A DNA stretch of 63,973 nucleotides, filler included, from an uncultured bacterium (GCA_964471275.1; 3 parts of 3 records of this genome joined end to end with filler, not necessarily neighbours in it), one strand, 5' to 3'. Counted from the first letter of the whole stretch, positions 9,396 to 22,877 are shown. A program made the numbers and translations. The notes: generated from the letters alone by a model not told the origin.

Positions 9396-10361
9396 ATGAA
9401 GACAAAGCGGCTTGGCAGAACTGGATTGGAGGTCCCCGTCGTGGGTTTGGGGGCCGTCTTTGTTGGCGGGCAACTGGAAGGTGGTTCTCCCGGCCAACTG
9501 GACGAGAAGCGGGGTGTGGCCACGGTTGTGGCGGCGATGGAGGCCGGCTGTACCTTGATCGATACGGCTCCTCTCTACGGGAATACGGACAGCGAACGGA
9601 TCATCGGGAGGGCGCTGAGAGAACGTCCCGAGCTCGCGAAGCGCGTTACCGTTACGACGAAGGTCGGACGCTCTGGGAAGGGACAGGACTACAGCTTCGA
9701 CGGTGTGATGAGAAGCGTCGAAGGCAGTCTCGAGCGTCTGGGCCTCGACCGGTTCAGGATCTTGTATGTGCACGATGCGATGGGCGTCCCGATGGAATCG
9801 GTTGTCGGGAAGGGCGGGGCGTTGTATGCGCTGCGCAAGCTTCAGGAACAGGGCACTCTTGACTATGTGGGAACGGCCGCGAACGACCCGGAGGCGAATG
9901 GTCCGTTTATCGAGACAGGCGAGTTCGATGTCGCCGTCGTGCCGGACGCCTGGAGTCTGCTGAATCAGAGCGCAAATCGCTATATCTTTTCGGCGGCCGA
10001 AAAACACGACGTGGGAATCGCTCTCGCGACACCTATCGAGAGGGGGTTGCTGGCGACTGGACCGATCGCAGGCGCAGACTACCTGAACCGAAGCTTCACC
10101 CAGGAGATCCTGAATCACGCGGGGAAGATCAAGACGGTGTGTGACGATCACGGGGTGCCGATGGTCGCCGCGGCGTTGCAGTGGTGTGTTCGCCATCCGC
10201 TCGTGGCGACGACGATCCCGGGAGCGCGTACCACTGAAGAGGCCATTCAGAATATGGAAGCGGGGAAACTGGATCTGTCGGAGGACTTCTGGTCGGATCT
10301 CGAACCCCTTGCCAGAAATTTCTACGAGGATGGATTTATCAACCGGCCGATGCCCGACTGA
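9396..10361 (+). CDS. Aldo/keto reductase
   Basis: RLGRTGL, IDTAPLYG, TTKVG, SLERLGLD, IPGAR. Confidence 0.92.
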   Translation: MKTKRLGRTGLEVPVVGLGAVFVGGQLEGGSPGQLDEKRGVATVVAAMEAGCTLIDTAPLYGNTDSERIIGRALRERPELAKRVTVTTKVGRSGKGQDYSFDGVMRSVEGSLERLGLDRFRILYVHDAMGVPMESVVGKGGALYALRKLQEQGTLDYVGTAANDPEANGPFIETGEFDVAVVPDAWSLLNQSANRYIFSAAEKHDVGIALATPIERGLLATGPIAGADYLNRSFTQEILNHAGKIKTVCDDHGVPMVAAALQWCVRHPLVATTIPGARTTEEAIQNMEAGKLDLSEDFWSDLEPLARNFYEDGFINRPMPD

Positions 10362-10367
10362 TTCTGA

Positions 10368-13562
<3,195 letters not shown>

Positions 13563-13785
13563 GATTTCCGCTCTCGCAAGGGTCAGGCTGTTTTTAGCGG
13601 GGCAGATCGTGTTGTATCTTGTGGGGGCCGGAATTTCCAGTTTCTCGATCGGGTCCGGTACTCGAGCGAGGGCCACGGCATTATTTTTTCGGAGTGACCG
13701 TCGCCTTAAGGTGGTTGTGAAAAGATTCGTCTGTCTGCTGGCATTCCTGCCTGGTGCTGGCGATGGACGGATAAACGGAGGAAGC

Positions 13786-14799
13786 ATGAGTTATCACGTG
13801 TATGTATCGAACGCCGGAAGTGACTACTTCTCGAAGTTCCTGTTGGATACGGAGAGCGGCGCACTGACGCAGGAGGACAATATCCCGCTGGATGTTGCCC
13901 CGGGCGCGGTGGCGACAAGCGCAGACGGATTGCTGCTGTATGTGTGCCTGCGGAAGGAGAAGACGTACGAGGCCTTCCGCGTGAACAAGGTGACCGGGCA
14001 GCTTACGTCGATCAACAAGGTGCCCGTGGATGACGGCGGACCCTATCTCAAGACCGATAACACCGATGGGTATCTGCTGGCGACCTACTACGGCGCGGGT
14101 GCCGTGAGTGTGCATAAAATCAATGAAGATGGATCGCTCGGTGACAAGCCGCTTCAGTGGATCGAGACAGAGGCGCACGCGCACAGCATCCAGCTGGACA
14201 AGACGAACCGGTTCGCCTATGTGCCGCATACTAACCCGCCCAACGCGATCTACCAGTTTAGATTCGACGAGAAGACGGGCGAGCTGTCTGCAAACGACCC
14301 ACACAAGATTCAGCCGGACACCTCGGAGGGGCCGCGACACTTTGTCTTCCATCCGGACCGCGACTTCTTCTATTCCGTGAACGAGAATGGAAGCACCGTG
14401 AGCGCGCACCATTTCGACCCGGAAACCGGGCAGTTGTCCTCCTTCCAGGTGATCTCAACACTCACTGATGACTTCGACAGAGCCGAGAACACGACGGCCG
14501 AGATTCGGATGACACAGGACGGCAAGTATCTGTACGCGTCCAATCGCGGGCACGACAGTCTCGCGATCTTCGCTGTGAATGAAGATGGCAGTCTGGATGC
14601 GATCGGCCACCAGCTGACGGAAGCAACGCCGCGATACTTCGACCTCGATCCAACCGGGACATATATCCTTGCCGTGGGGCAGAACTCGGGACGGATGGCG
14701 ACCTACAGGATCGATAAGGGAGACGGGTCGCTGGAACCGATGGCCTCGTTCGAGGTCGGAGATTCTCCGCTGTGGATTCAGTTTGTGCTAAAGGGGTAG
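13786..14799 (+). CDS. 6-phosphogluconolactonase-like beta-propeller lactonase (Pgl/YbhE family)
   Basis: HAHSI, GPRHFVFHP, YASNRGHDS, PRYF; GGAGG RBS. A possible alternative GTG start lies near 13717. Confidence 0.9.
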   Translation: MSYHVYVSNAGSDYFSKFLLDTESGALTQEDNIPLDVAPGAVATSADGLLLYVCLRKEKTYEAFRVNKVTGQLTSINKVPVDDGGPYLKTDNTDGYLLATYYGAGAVSVHKINEDGSLGDKPLQWIETEAHAHSIQLDKTNRFAYVPHTNPPNAIYQFRFDEKTGELSANDPHKIQPDTSEGPRHFVFHPDRDFFYSVNENGSTVSAHHFDPETGQLSSFQVISTLTDDFDRAENTTAEIRMTQDGKYLYASNRGHDSLAIFAVNEDGSLDAIGHQLTEATPRYFDLDPTGTYILAVGQNSGRMATYRIDKGDGSLEPMASFEVGDSPLWIQFVLKG

Positions 14800-14847
14800 G
14801 GGGGCGCTGCACGGAATCAGCGGCAACCTGCTGCTTTAAGGAACGCC

Positions 14848-15699
14848 ATGTATCTATTTTCCTATTTCAGAACGGAATCAGAGGCGCTGCATCTCGCGTT
14901 GAGCGAGGATGGATTCGCATTTGAGGCGCTGAATGGGAACAAGCCAGTTCTCGAGGGGACAGTCAACGCCTGTACGATGCGTGATCCCTTCATCCTGCCG
15001 GCAGAAGATGGTCGATTCCATCTGCTGACTTCAGATGGATGGAGGAGTCAACATATCGTGCACGCAGAATCGGATGACCTGATTACGTGGTCCGAGCAGC
15101 GAGCGCTGCCTGTGATGACGGATCATCCCTTTGCGCGGAACGCGTGGGCGCCCGAAGCCTTCTACGGCAGGGAAGACGGCGGGTATCGGTTGATCTGGTC
15201 CTCGACCGTTTCGGACAAACCTCAGGAGGATGTGCGGGACCACCGGATCTGGGCCTGTGAGACTGAGGATTTTCGGTCTTTCTCCGAGTCCCGGCTCTTC
15301 TTCGACCCCGGTTACAACGTTATCGACGCCACAGTTGCGCCGTATGGGGTTGCCTACCTGATGGCCTTCAAGGATGAGCGTGGTGAGAATAGAGCAGGTA
15401 CGGACAACAAGGCGATCCGGACGGCAATGTCCTTACGGGCCGATGGTCCCTACGAGTCGGCTTCGGATCTGATCACTCCCCATCTAGTCGAGGGACCCAC
15501 GTTGTATCGGAAGGAGGGGCTCTGGGTGATGCTTTACGACCACTTCACCGAGCGCCGCTACGGAGCATCCCTAAGCGATGACGGTCGGAACTGGCAGGTC
15601 TCGGAGGTGGAGATCGTCCTGCCCGATGGGCCCAGGCACGGAAGTGTGATCGAAGTGAATGACGAGGCCGCGGAGCGACTCAGGAGCCACTATGGATAG
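14848..15699 (+). CDS. Glycoside hydrolase family 43-like (five-bladed propeller)
   Basis: MRDPFI, AWAPE, VIDAT, EGPT, RHGSV. Confidence 0.85.
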   Translation: MYLFSYFRTESEALHLALSEDGFAFEALNGNKPVLEGTVNACTMRDPFILPAEDGRFHLLTSDGWRSQHIVHAESDDLITWSEQRALPVMTDHPFARNAWAPEAFYGREDGGYRLIWSSTVSDKPQEDVRDHRIWACETEDFRSFSESRLFFDPGYNVIDATVAPYGVAYLMAFKDERGENRAGTDNKAIRTAMSLRADGPYESASDLITPHLVEGPTLYRKEGLWVMLYDHFTERRYGASLSDDGRNWQVSEVEIVLPDGPRHGSVIEVNDEAAERLRSHYG

Positions 15700-15708
15700 G
15701 GGGGATGT

Positions 15709-16665
15709 TTGAAGGCAGGAATTGTCGTCGACAAAGAGAAGGTTGAGATTGTCGAGGCGGATGAGCCCGATATGGCTCAGTATCCCGCCGGGGCAATCAA
15801 GATAAGGACGGAGTTGAGTGCCCTTTGCGGATCAGACATCCCGAGTTTCCTGCTCGATCAGGACGACTACCCGGGCAGGCTGGGGACATCGATCCACGAG
15901 GCGATCGGCACGATCACACAGAGCAATTCCTCGCGATTCAATGTCGGCGATCGCGTTCTCGCACTGCCCCAGCAGATTGGTGGCTGCTCTGAGTATTTTG
16001 TCTCGCATGAAAATGTGACGGTTCCCCTTATAGACTACCATTCCCAGGAACAGATCCTGATGTCGCAGCCGCTCGGAACGGTGATCTGGGCAATGCGCAA
16101 GCTCGGGAGCTTGATCAACAAGGATGTGGTGATTTTCTGTGCGGGGCCGATCGGTCAGATGGCCTCTCACACCGTCAGCAACTTCGGGGCGAGGACCGTG
16201 ACGGTAGTCGATGTGGTCGACTTCCGGCTCAACGTGATCCGAAAGATGCGGGCGACGGCCACCATCAACGCAGCTGAGCAGGACCCGCTGCCCGAGATCG
16301 AGCGGATCACCGAAGGCAGGATGGCCGATTTTGCCTTTGAGATGGTGGGGCACAACACGGAGACGATCAACACCTGTATCGATGCCGTGAAGCGACTCGG
16401 GACGGTCCTGTGCTTCGGTGTGCCGGATGACAACATCTACCCGATCCACTACTCGAAGATTATCCGCAAGAACATCAATATCTTCGGATCGATCGGCCCG
16501 GAGGCACAGGCTGATTTCCCCCTGGCTATGCGCTGGATAGCCGAGGGGCGGATCGATGTCTCTCCCATTATCACGCACCGTCTGCCCTTCACTGAGGTTC
16601 AGCAGGGATTTGAGATGTTCACGCGTGAACGGGACAAGGCGATCAAGATCGTCTTGGGATATTAG
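15709..16665 (+). CDS. Zinc-binding dehydrogenase (sorbitol/threonine dehydrogenase-like)
   Basis: LCGSD, HE, AGPIG, IITHR; TTG start after GGGGG. Confidence 0.87.
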   Translation: MKAGIVVDKEKVEIVEADEPDMAQYPAGAIKIRTELSALCGSDIPSFLLDQDDYPGRLGTSIHEAIGTITQSNSSRFNVGDRVLALPQQIGGCSEYFVSHENVTVPLIDYHSQEQILMSQPLGTVIWAMRKLGSLINKDVVIFCAGPIGQMASHTVSNFGARTVTVVDVVDFRLNVIRKMRATATINAAEQDPLPEIERITEGRMADFAFEMVGHNTETINTCIDAVKRLGTVLCFGVPDDNIYPIHYSKIIRKNINIFGSIGPEAQADFPLAMRWIAEGRIDVSPIITHRLPFTEVQQGFEMFTRERDKAIKIVLGY

Positions 16666-16867
16666 TACGCGTGCCTGAGGCAGATGACTCAGGTCTGGTA
16701 TCACGACCAGGAGGGCTGAGAATGTCCGGCGAATCTGACAGAGCATCCTCGCACACGCCCACAAAACCTGGCGATGGCGACCCACGAAGCCGCCAGTTTG
16801 GTCTGTCCATGCAGACAGATCTAGAGCCACACGGCAAACACAGGCAATGCGAAACCAGGAGACATGT

Positions 16868-17785
16868 ATGGGTGCCGAACCGTTCAGAGGTGTATTCACG
16901 ATTCCAACCACGCCCTTTACCGATCAGGGCGATGTAGACGTCACCAGCTTCCGGCGTGTGATCGATTTCTGCGTGGCGTGCGGTGCGCGCGGTCTCGTCT
17001 ACCCGGTCAACGCCAGCGAGTTCGCGACGCTTTCTGATGAAGAACGCATGACGATGAGTGAGATTCTGGTCGAGCAGAATGCCGGACAGATACCGACGGT
17101 GATCGGTGTCCAGCATCTGTCCGCCGAGACATCGGTCAAGTTCGCTGAGCACGCACGCGAGATCGGCGCGGACAGCGTGATCGCCATGCCCCCGTATGCC
17201 TGGAAGAAGGCGCCCTCGATGGATGCGATCTACGAATACTATCGCGCGATCGCCGGCGCAGCCCGGATCCCGGTATTCGTGCAGAACAACTTGCCTCCGA
17301 TCGGGATCGTGATGACACCGGAGTTCCTGAGCCGGATGTGTGACGAGATCGAGTATGTCGACTACGTGAAGGAAGAGACACCGCCATCGACGATGGCACA
17401 CACCCGGCTGATCGATGTGAATGGCGGGTCCTGTAAGGGCGTAATGGGCGGGGCGGGCGGTCGCTATCTGGTCGAGGAGCACCGACGCGGCACGTGCGGC
17501 CAGATGCCCGGATGTCACGTGACGGATATCGTCGTACAGCTGTGGGATGCGCTCGAAGCCGGAGATACAGAGCGAACCAAGCATATATACAAGGAGATGA
17601 GCCCGCTCTTCCATTTCGAACACCAGTTACCGGGGTGCTATAAGGAAGTCCTGAAGCGCCGTGGTGTGATCGAAAGTGCGTACAGGCGGAATGGGCGGAT
17701 GCCCCTGGATGAGGTGTCGTCAACGTATCTGGATGAGATTCTGAGGGATCTGGAGCCGTTGTTGACGTGGGGGGGTGGGGTGTAG
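16868..17785 (+). CDS. Dihydrodipicolinate synthase/class I aldolase family protein
   Basis: TTPFTDQGDVD, SEFATLSDEER, PPY, Schiff-base Lys in YVKEE; AGGAG RBS before ATG 16868 (alternative start 16847). Confidence 0.88.
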   Translation: MGAEPFRGVFTIPTTPFTDQGDVDVTSFRRVIDFCVACGARGLVYPVNASEFATLSDEERMTMSEILVEQNAGQIPTVIGVQHLSAETSVKFAEHAREIGADSVIAMPPYAWKKAPSMDAIYEYYRAIAGAARIPVFVQNNLPPIGIVMTPEFLSRMCDEIEYVDYVKEETPPSTMAHTRLIDVNGGSCKGVMGGAGGRYLVEEHRRGTCGQMPGCHVTDIVVQLWDALEAGDTERTKHIYKEMSPLFHFEHQLPGCYKEVLKRRGVIESAYRRNGRMPLDEVSSTYLDEILRDLEPLLTWGGGV

Positions 17786-17871
17786 GTTATGGGCAGAGGG
17801 GAGATCATTTCCTCCGTAGTCCGAGCCTGCCCGTGCAGTGTTTAGAAGTGGATAACCTCCGTGAGGTCTGA

Positions 17872-19506
17872 ATGCCGAACGAAGCGATTGCGACCACGCC
17901 GAACATCCTGGTTATGATGGTCGATCAGATGCGGTTTGACTACATAGGATGCGCGGGCAACTCCTGGATCCAGACCCCGAATCTGGATCGGCTGGCACGG
18001 GAAGGAACCCGGTTTGCGCAATGTGTGACGCCCGTTCCCGTGTGCGTGGCGGCACGACATTCTTTCATGACCGGGCAGCGATGTGCGGCGCACGGCCGGT
18101 TTGGGAATAATGTCCCGGATCCCGAGCCGCAGATACCGACGATTATGGAGAGTCTGGGACTCGCGGGTTACCGGACCCGCGCAATCGGCAAGATGCATTT
18201 CCGTCCGGTGCGCCGACACTTCGGCTTTCACGAGATGGAGTTGATGGAAGAGATACCCGATTTCCGCGAGGAAGACGAGTATCTGACGTATCTGAAGGCG
18301 AATGGCCACAGTCACGTTCGCGAGGTTCACGGCGTTCGGAACCTGCTGTATCATCTGCCGCAGGTGTCGGTCATTCCCGAGGAACATCACGGCAGCACGT
18401 GGGTTGCCGACCGGACCATCGATTTCCTGAAGTCGAACAGCGGGAAACCCTTTTTCTGCTGGTCAAGCTGGATCGCCCCGCACCCTCCCTGGAATCCGCC
18501 GGAGCCGTTGGCCAGTCTGTATGATCCCGATTCACTTTCGCTTCCGCATAACTTTGATCGAGATGTCGAAACACTTCCCGGCCTTCATCGCGCTGTGACG
18601 AATGCGTATGATATGGGGAATGCCACACCCGAGATGCTCCGACGGGTGAAGGCGCTGTATGCAGGCAGCATCAGTTTGATCGACAAGGGGGTGGGCAGGA
18701 TTCTCGATGCTTTGGACGAGTCCGGAACTGCGGAGAATACGATGGTGGTTTTCGTGTCGGATCACGGTGAGATGATGGGAGATCACGGGATGTGGCAGAA
18801 GGGCATGCCATATGAGGCCTCGGCACGCGTCCCGATGCTGGTCCGGTATCCGGGTCAGGTGACTGCTGATGCCGTGAGCGACGATCTGGTCACGTTGCTT
18901 GACCTCACGCCAACTTTTCTGGATGTGGCCGAACGAGATTATCCGGTTGGCCAGCCCCTTGCCGGGGCGTCGCTCTTGGGGAAGGCGGGTGGGGGTCTGT
19001 CGGGAACCCGGGATGAGCAGATCGTCGAGATCGGTCGGGGTGGGTCACGATGGCTTTCCACGAGGGGACGGAAGTGGAAATACAACCGATGGCTTTCGGA
19101 TGGATGGGAAGAGCTCTACGACCTCGAGAATGACCCGCAGGAAGATCGCAACCTGCTGCTCGGCGAGCCGGACGAGATCCAAAGGCAGCTTGCCGATGAG
19201 CGACGCCAAAGGCTGACGGAATGGGAGCGGGACAATGGCTTCGAGGACTCCCTAACGCCTGGCGGCGATCTGGTGGATCTGGGGATGGCGCCCACCGACC
19301 CGACGGAACACCGTGTGAACAAACAGTTTCCCCTGTGGGTGGATCGACTGACTGAGGAGGAGGCCGTCTTGATGGAAAAGCGTGGTGAGACGGTCCTGAA
19401 TGCGATTGCGGCTGAAGACACGTTCAAGTTGAGCGCGCTAGATCTGGCAGCCTTCAGGCGGTCCGGTGGGTCTCTTGAAGGGACAGATTACGCGGATCTC
19501 TGTTGA
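17872..19506 (+). CDS. Sulfatase (S1, CxAxR variant)
   Basis: PNILVMMVDQ, CVAARHSFMTG, GKMHF, PHPP, SDHGEM. Confidence 0.92.
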   Translation: MPNEAIATTPNILVMMVDQMRFDYIGCAGNSWIQTPNLDRLAREGTRFAQCVTPVPVCVAARHSFMTGQRCAAHGRFGNNVPDPEPQIPTIMESLGLAGYRTRAIGKMHFRPVRRHFGFHEMELMEEIPDFREEDEYLTYLKANGHSHVREVHGVRNLLYHLPQVSVIPEEHHGSTWVADRTIDFLKSNSGKPFFCWSSWIAPHPPWNPPEPLASLYDPDSLSLPHNFDRDVETLPGLHRAVTNAYDMGNATPEMLRRVKALYAGSISLIDKGVGRILDALDESGTAENTMVVFVSDHGEMMGDHGMWQKGMPYEASARVPMLVRYPGQVTADAVSDDLVTLLDLTPTFLDVAERDYPVGQPLAGASLLGKAGGGLSGTRDEQIVEIGRGGSRWLSTRGRKWKYNRWLSDGWEELYDLENDPQEDRNLLLGEPDEIQRQLADERRQRLTEWERDNGFEDSLTPGGDLVDLGMAPTDPTEHRVNKQFPLWVDRLTEEEAVLMEKRGETVLNAIAAEDTFKLSALDLAAFRRSGGSLEGTDYADLC

Positions 19507-19554
19507 TTTTCCGCCAAGTGTCTGATATGTGGCTGCCGCCCTTTTTGTGGCGCA

Positions 19555-19701
19555 TAGCAACCATTCGGGAGTGCGATCAGCGTGGATCGTCTCTATCATC
19601 CGAGCCTTGAACTCAGATGGGTACGGCGGGTGTGACTTGGGCATCTTGACATCCTCCTGTTCCGAAAGATAAAGGATGTCCACTAAAGCGGGTCAACTCC
19701 A
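19555..19701 (-). mobile_element. IS3-family remnant: left inverted repeat plus start of OrfA
   Basis: Minus strand begins TGGAGTTGACCCGCTTTAGTGGACA, then AGGAGG and MPKSHPPYPSEFKARMIE (HTH_Tnp_1-like), then the similarity breaks off. Confidence 0.75.
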
Positions 19702-19728
19702 GGATCATCGATACGTCCCACAAGCCAA

Positions 19729-19911
19729 TTAGACAGCGGCGTGATTCACTCCCGACTCGGCAGGCTTCCGCTTGCTCTCCCGCCTGGCTCTACAGGTGTG
19801 TCGGTCTGGTGGGCAGGGGCGCGGCGTTAGTAGCTCGGGGCGCTTGCGGAGTCGGCCAAACCACGTCGCAGTTGCTTGCCGATCCAGACCTGCGGTGTAT
19901 AAGCTTGCCAC
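19729..19911 (-). CDS. Possible small protein or gene remnant (60 aa)
   Basis: Strong AAGGAGG RBS upstream of GTG; no recognisable family. Confidence 0.3.
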   Translation of the reverse strand: MASLYTAGLDRQATATWFGRLRKRPELLTPRPCPPDRHTCRARRESKRKPAESGVNHAAV

Positions 19912-20112
19912 AACAAGCCTCCTTGCGATGAGGATAGTGCGTGATTTTCGTCGATCTCACACTACTCTCCTTCGCAGTGAGGCTCAATTACTTTCACCAT
20001 AGGCACTGAGTGACGTCGTGGCCAAACAGATCTCGCTTTATGCAGCATATGAAGGAATGTACACGTCTTATTGAAGGGCGATCGGCAAGTGAGTCTGGAG
20101 TGACAGATGGTA

Positions 20113-20187
20113 CCCTTCGATACGGTAAGCCCTCTGCGGCCGTCACTGAAACCGACAGCTGATCAGCGATGTGCCTACTCAGGGTGA
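20113..20187. repeat. REP-like element (CCCTTCGATACG...CTACTCAGGGTGA)
   Basis: Same termini as the reverse-complement copy at 23614-23655. Confidence 0.6.
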
Positions 20188-20299
20188 TTGGTGGACGCTA
20201 CCGGAATCAATCCTGAGTACACCCGAATCAGGCAAGTCTGTATCGCTGCCCGGGCCCCCGTTCAGTGGCTCTGCCTCTTCTCCTGCTCCCTCGCTCTGC

Positions 20300-21262
20300 C
20301 TACCCACCCACTCCCTGCATCAAGGCACGCATATACCCGAGTGAGAAGGCCATCCCGCGGTGGCGATACCCTTTGTCGCCCTCGATCACGGGGCAGTGAT
20401 CCGGAATCATCACGCCGTCGAACCCGACTTCATCGTAGGCTCTCATAGCCTGGTGGGGATCGACATCGCCTTCATCCAGAAAGACCTCATCAAACTTCGG
20501 GAACTGTCCGATGATGTTCCTGAAGTGGACGTAGAAGATCTTCTGCTGTGCCCCAAACCGACGGATCGCATCGATTACGATATCCGTTCCCATCTCCGAG
20601 ACCGTGCCTTGGCAGAATTCCAGACCGTTGCACGCACTGGGCGCGTAGTCCAGAAGACGCTGCATCGCGTCGTGGTTTGTCAGGAGTCGTCCCGTTCCCT
20701 GCAGGATCTCCATCGGTGGGTCGTCCTGGTGAGCCGCGAGTTTGACGCCGACGCGTTCGGCGACCGGAACGGCGTGGTCCAGGAACCATTCGAAGCGGCT
20801 CCACATCTCGTCAACGGATACGGCCCCGGAAGCGTGGGTCGAGTTGTCCGGGATCCTATCGAGATCGAAGCTCTTGATGCCCGCCCCGCCGCGTCCTCCC
20901 CCGTCATACATTCGCCAATGACCGACGACACCCGCGATCCCGAAGTAGTAACCCAGGATAGGGATTTCCGCTGTTCCCATGTTCTCCAACGTGCGCGTGA
21001 CATTGGCCATCTGCTCGTCACGCCCATCCCCTGCAAGCAGGATCTGCTCCCAGTGGTCACGCGGTAGGTTCTCGATTCCCTCCCACGTCAGGTCGAAGGA
21101 CTCTATCAGCTGTTTGGTCTCTCGCAATCCGTCGAGCTCGTAGAACCCTTTGTCCCCGAAGCGGGGGTTGTGAACGATGATGTGCGTTACACCCAGCTGC
21201 GCGGCGTAGCGAAGGTTTTTCGCAGTGAGTTGGTTGCCTGGGAAGCCGATGCCGAGTTTCAT
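20300..21262 (-). CDS. uxuA: Mannonate dehydratase (UxuA) family
   Basis: QLGVT, HQDDPP, NGLEFCQG, YVHFRN, DEGDVD, PDHCP, AFSLGYMRAL. Confidence 0.85.
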   Translation of the reverse strand: MKLGIGFPGNQLTAKNLRYAAQLGVTHIIVHNPRFGDKGFYELDGLRETKQLIESFDLTWEGIENLPRDHWEQILLAGDGRDEQMANVTRTLENMGTAEIPILGYYFGIAGVVGHWRMYDGGGRGGAGIKSFDLDRIPDNSTHASGAVSVDEMWSRFEWFLDHAVPVAERVGVKLAAHQDDPPMEILQGTGRLLTNHDAMQRLLDYAPSACNGLEFCQGTVSEMGTDIVIDAIRRFGAQQKIFYVHFRNIIGQFPKFDEVFLDEGDVDPHQAMRAYDEVGFDGVMIPDHCPVIEGDKGYRHRGMAFSLGYMRALMQGVGG

Positions 21263-21355
21263 GGGGAGATGCCGGGGTGTAGGGGGTGGGGTGTCGGTAG
21301 AAGCGGGTATGGGAGTTTCTCTGCTCTTTCATGGGTTCGCGTGTCCGATCCATAT

Positions 21356-22165
21356 CTACTCTGTTCGCCCGGGGCCGGCGATCACGGGATGCAGGGGGTG
21401 GTCCCACGGGCCTCCCGCTACCATCTCATCTTGGGCGCCAGCGGCGTCCCGCCCGCCGGTAAATGAGACGTAATCCGGTATGTAGATGATGGCGAGCGCG
21501 CGCCGCGGTTCTTCGGTCTGATTTGGACCCGCGTAGTGGAAGTTGCAGCCGTGGTGGAAGGTGACGCCACCGGCTTCCATCTCCATAGGGACAGGGTCGG
21601 CGACATCGTGGCCGCGCTCCTGCATCTTTGAAACGATCGATTCGCCTTCGACATCCAGTTTGATCCCCTCCTGCAGACCGAACTTGTGCGACCCTGGGCA
21701 GAAGTGCAGGCAGCCGTTCTCAACGGTGACGTCGTCGATGGCGATCCACGCGGAGAGTGAACCGATGGGATCCATCGGCCAGTAGGGATGGTCCTGGTGC
21801 CAGTTTGTCTCCTTGCTCTCCTGGCCACCAGGCTTGACCAATGCGTGATCGTGGTAGATCCGCACACTTTCGGACTTTGACAACTGACGTGCCGTTTCGG
21901 CCAGACGTTCGTTGAAGGAGAACGCTTTTACCTCTGGATAGTCGGTCCAGAGATTGACCATCTGGTTGAAGACGCGTTCATACACGCCGGATGAGCGGCC
22001 GCCACCCTCTGCACCAACGATTCGCTCCCGGTTCCTGGCGATAGCATCGTCGACAGATGCACGAAGACCGGCGATCTCGTCTGAAGAGAAGAACCCTCGA
22101 TACCGGATGAATCCATCTTCCTGGTAGGATTCGATGTCGGAAGGTGTCACGGGTGTATCAGTCAT
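21356..22165 (-). CDS. Phytanoyl-CoA dioxygenase (PhyH) family Fe(II)/2-oxoglutarate oxygenase
   Basis: WHQD, WIAIDD, NGCL, PGSH, H..GPN, RRA. Confidence 0.9.
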   Translation of the reverse strand: MTDTPVTPSDIESYQEDGFIRYRGFFSSDEIAGLRASVDDAIARNRERIVGAEGGGRSSGVYERVFNQMVNLWTDYPEVKAFSFNERLAETARQLSKSESVRIYHDHALVKPGGQESKETNWHQDHPYWPMDPIGSLSAWIAIDDVTVENGCLHFCPGSHKFGLQEGIKLDVEGESIVSKMQERGHDVADPVPMEMEAGGVTFHHGCNFHYAGPNQTEEPRRALAIIYIPDYVSFTGGRDAAGAQDEMVAGGPWDHPLHPVIAGPGRTE

Positions 22166-22877
22166 TGTAGCCTTGCTCCTCCATTGCGTCCGTGAAGAAA
22201 TCGAAGTCGTGTTTCTCAGAATCTGTCTTCCAACGCCCGATCGGATCCTTGCGCACGATGATCCTGGCAAGGGGGATGCCTAGGAACTTTTCGAGACGTA
22301 CCAATGTCCTTTCCTGCTCCAGAACGAAGTCCTCGAACCGAACGGTGATGACGTTTTCGGGTCTCGGTGTGGCCTTCATGAGCTGATACTGGTAGTACCA
22401 GCTGATCGCGCGGCGCTTGCGAAGGTCATCGGTCTTCGGGTAGGGAATATCGAAGTCGCCGAGGTCGTCGGTGCGATGGTTGCTCAAGACCGAGTCGCGC
22501 GGGTCGCGTATCCAGTGGATGTATTTTGCTTCCGGAAATTTCCGGAGGATCCAGGGATAGACGAGCGTGGTTTCCGGGATCTTCCATCCCTTGTGTTCAG
22601 ACTTGTCCTTGATCGTGTCCTCCAGGTAGCTTTCAATCAGTCGATCCCACTCGGGATCGATCTCGCAGGTCTGAAGGTCTGAGAAGTCCCACGAAAGATC
22701 CCCATTCCATTTAACGTCTTTGGCCATGATTCGACAGGCATCATACATCCTCTGGGGCGGCATCTTGTCTCCGGAACGGTTCAGGAGATTGCCCATGTAG
22801 ACGCCGCTCGCATAGCGCGTATGGGAGATGGCGCGTGTGCCGGAATGGCCGCGACCGATAACCGTGATCAATGACAA
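22158..22877 (-). CDS. Sulfotransferase family protein
   Basis: PAPS loop GRGHSGT, GWKIP, IRDPRD, RFEDFV; start uncertain (TTG 22877 or 22949). Confidence 0.82.
   Translation of the reverse strand: MSLITVIGRGHSGTRAISHTRYASGVYMGNLLNRSGDKMPPQRMYDACRIMAKDVKWNGDLSWDFSDLQTCEIDPEWDRLIESYLEDTIKDKSEHKGWKIPETTLVYPWILRKFPEAKYIHWIRDPRDSVLSNHRTDDLGDFDIPYPKTDDLRKRRAISWYYQYQLMKATPRPENVITVRFEDFVLEQERTLVRLEKFLGIPLARIIVRKDPIGRWKTDSEKHDFDFFTDAMEEQGYND

Noticed and set aside
13717..13785. Signal peptide-like in-frame extension MKRFVCLLAFLPGAGDG on the lactonase
   Set aside because: The hydrophobic core is short and a stronger GGAGG RBS precedes ATG 13786; kept only as an alternative start.
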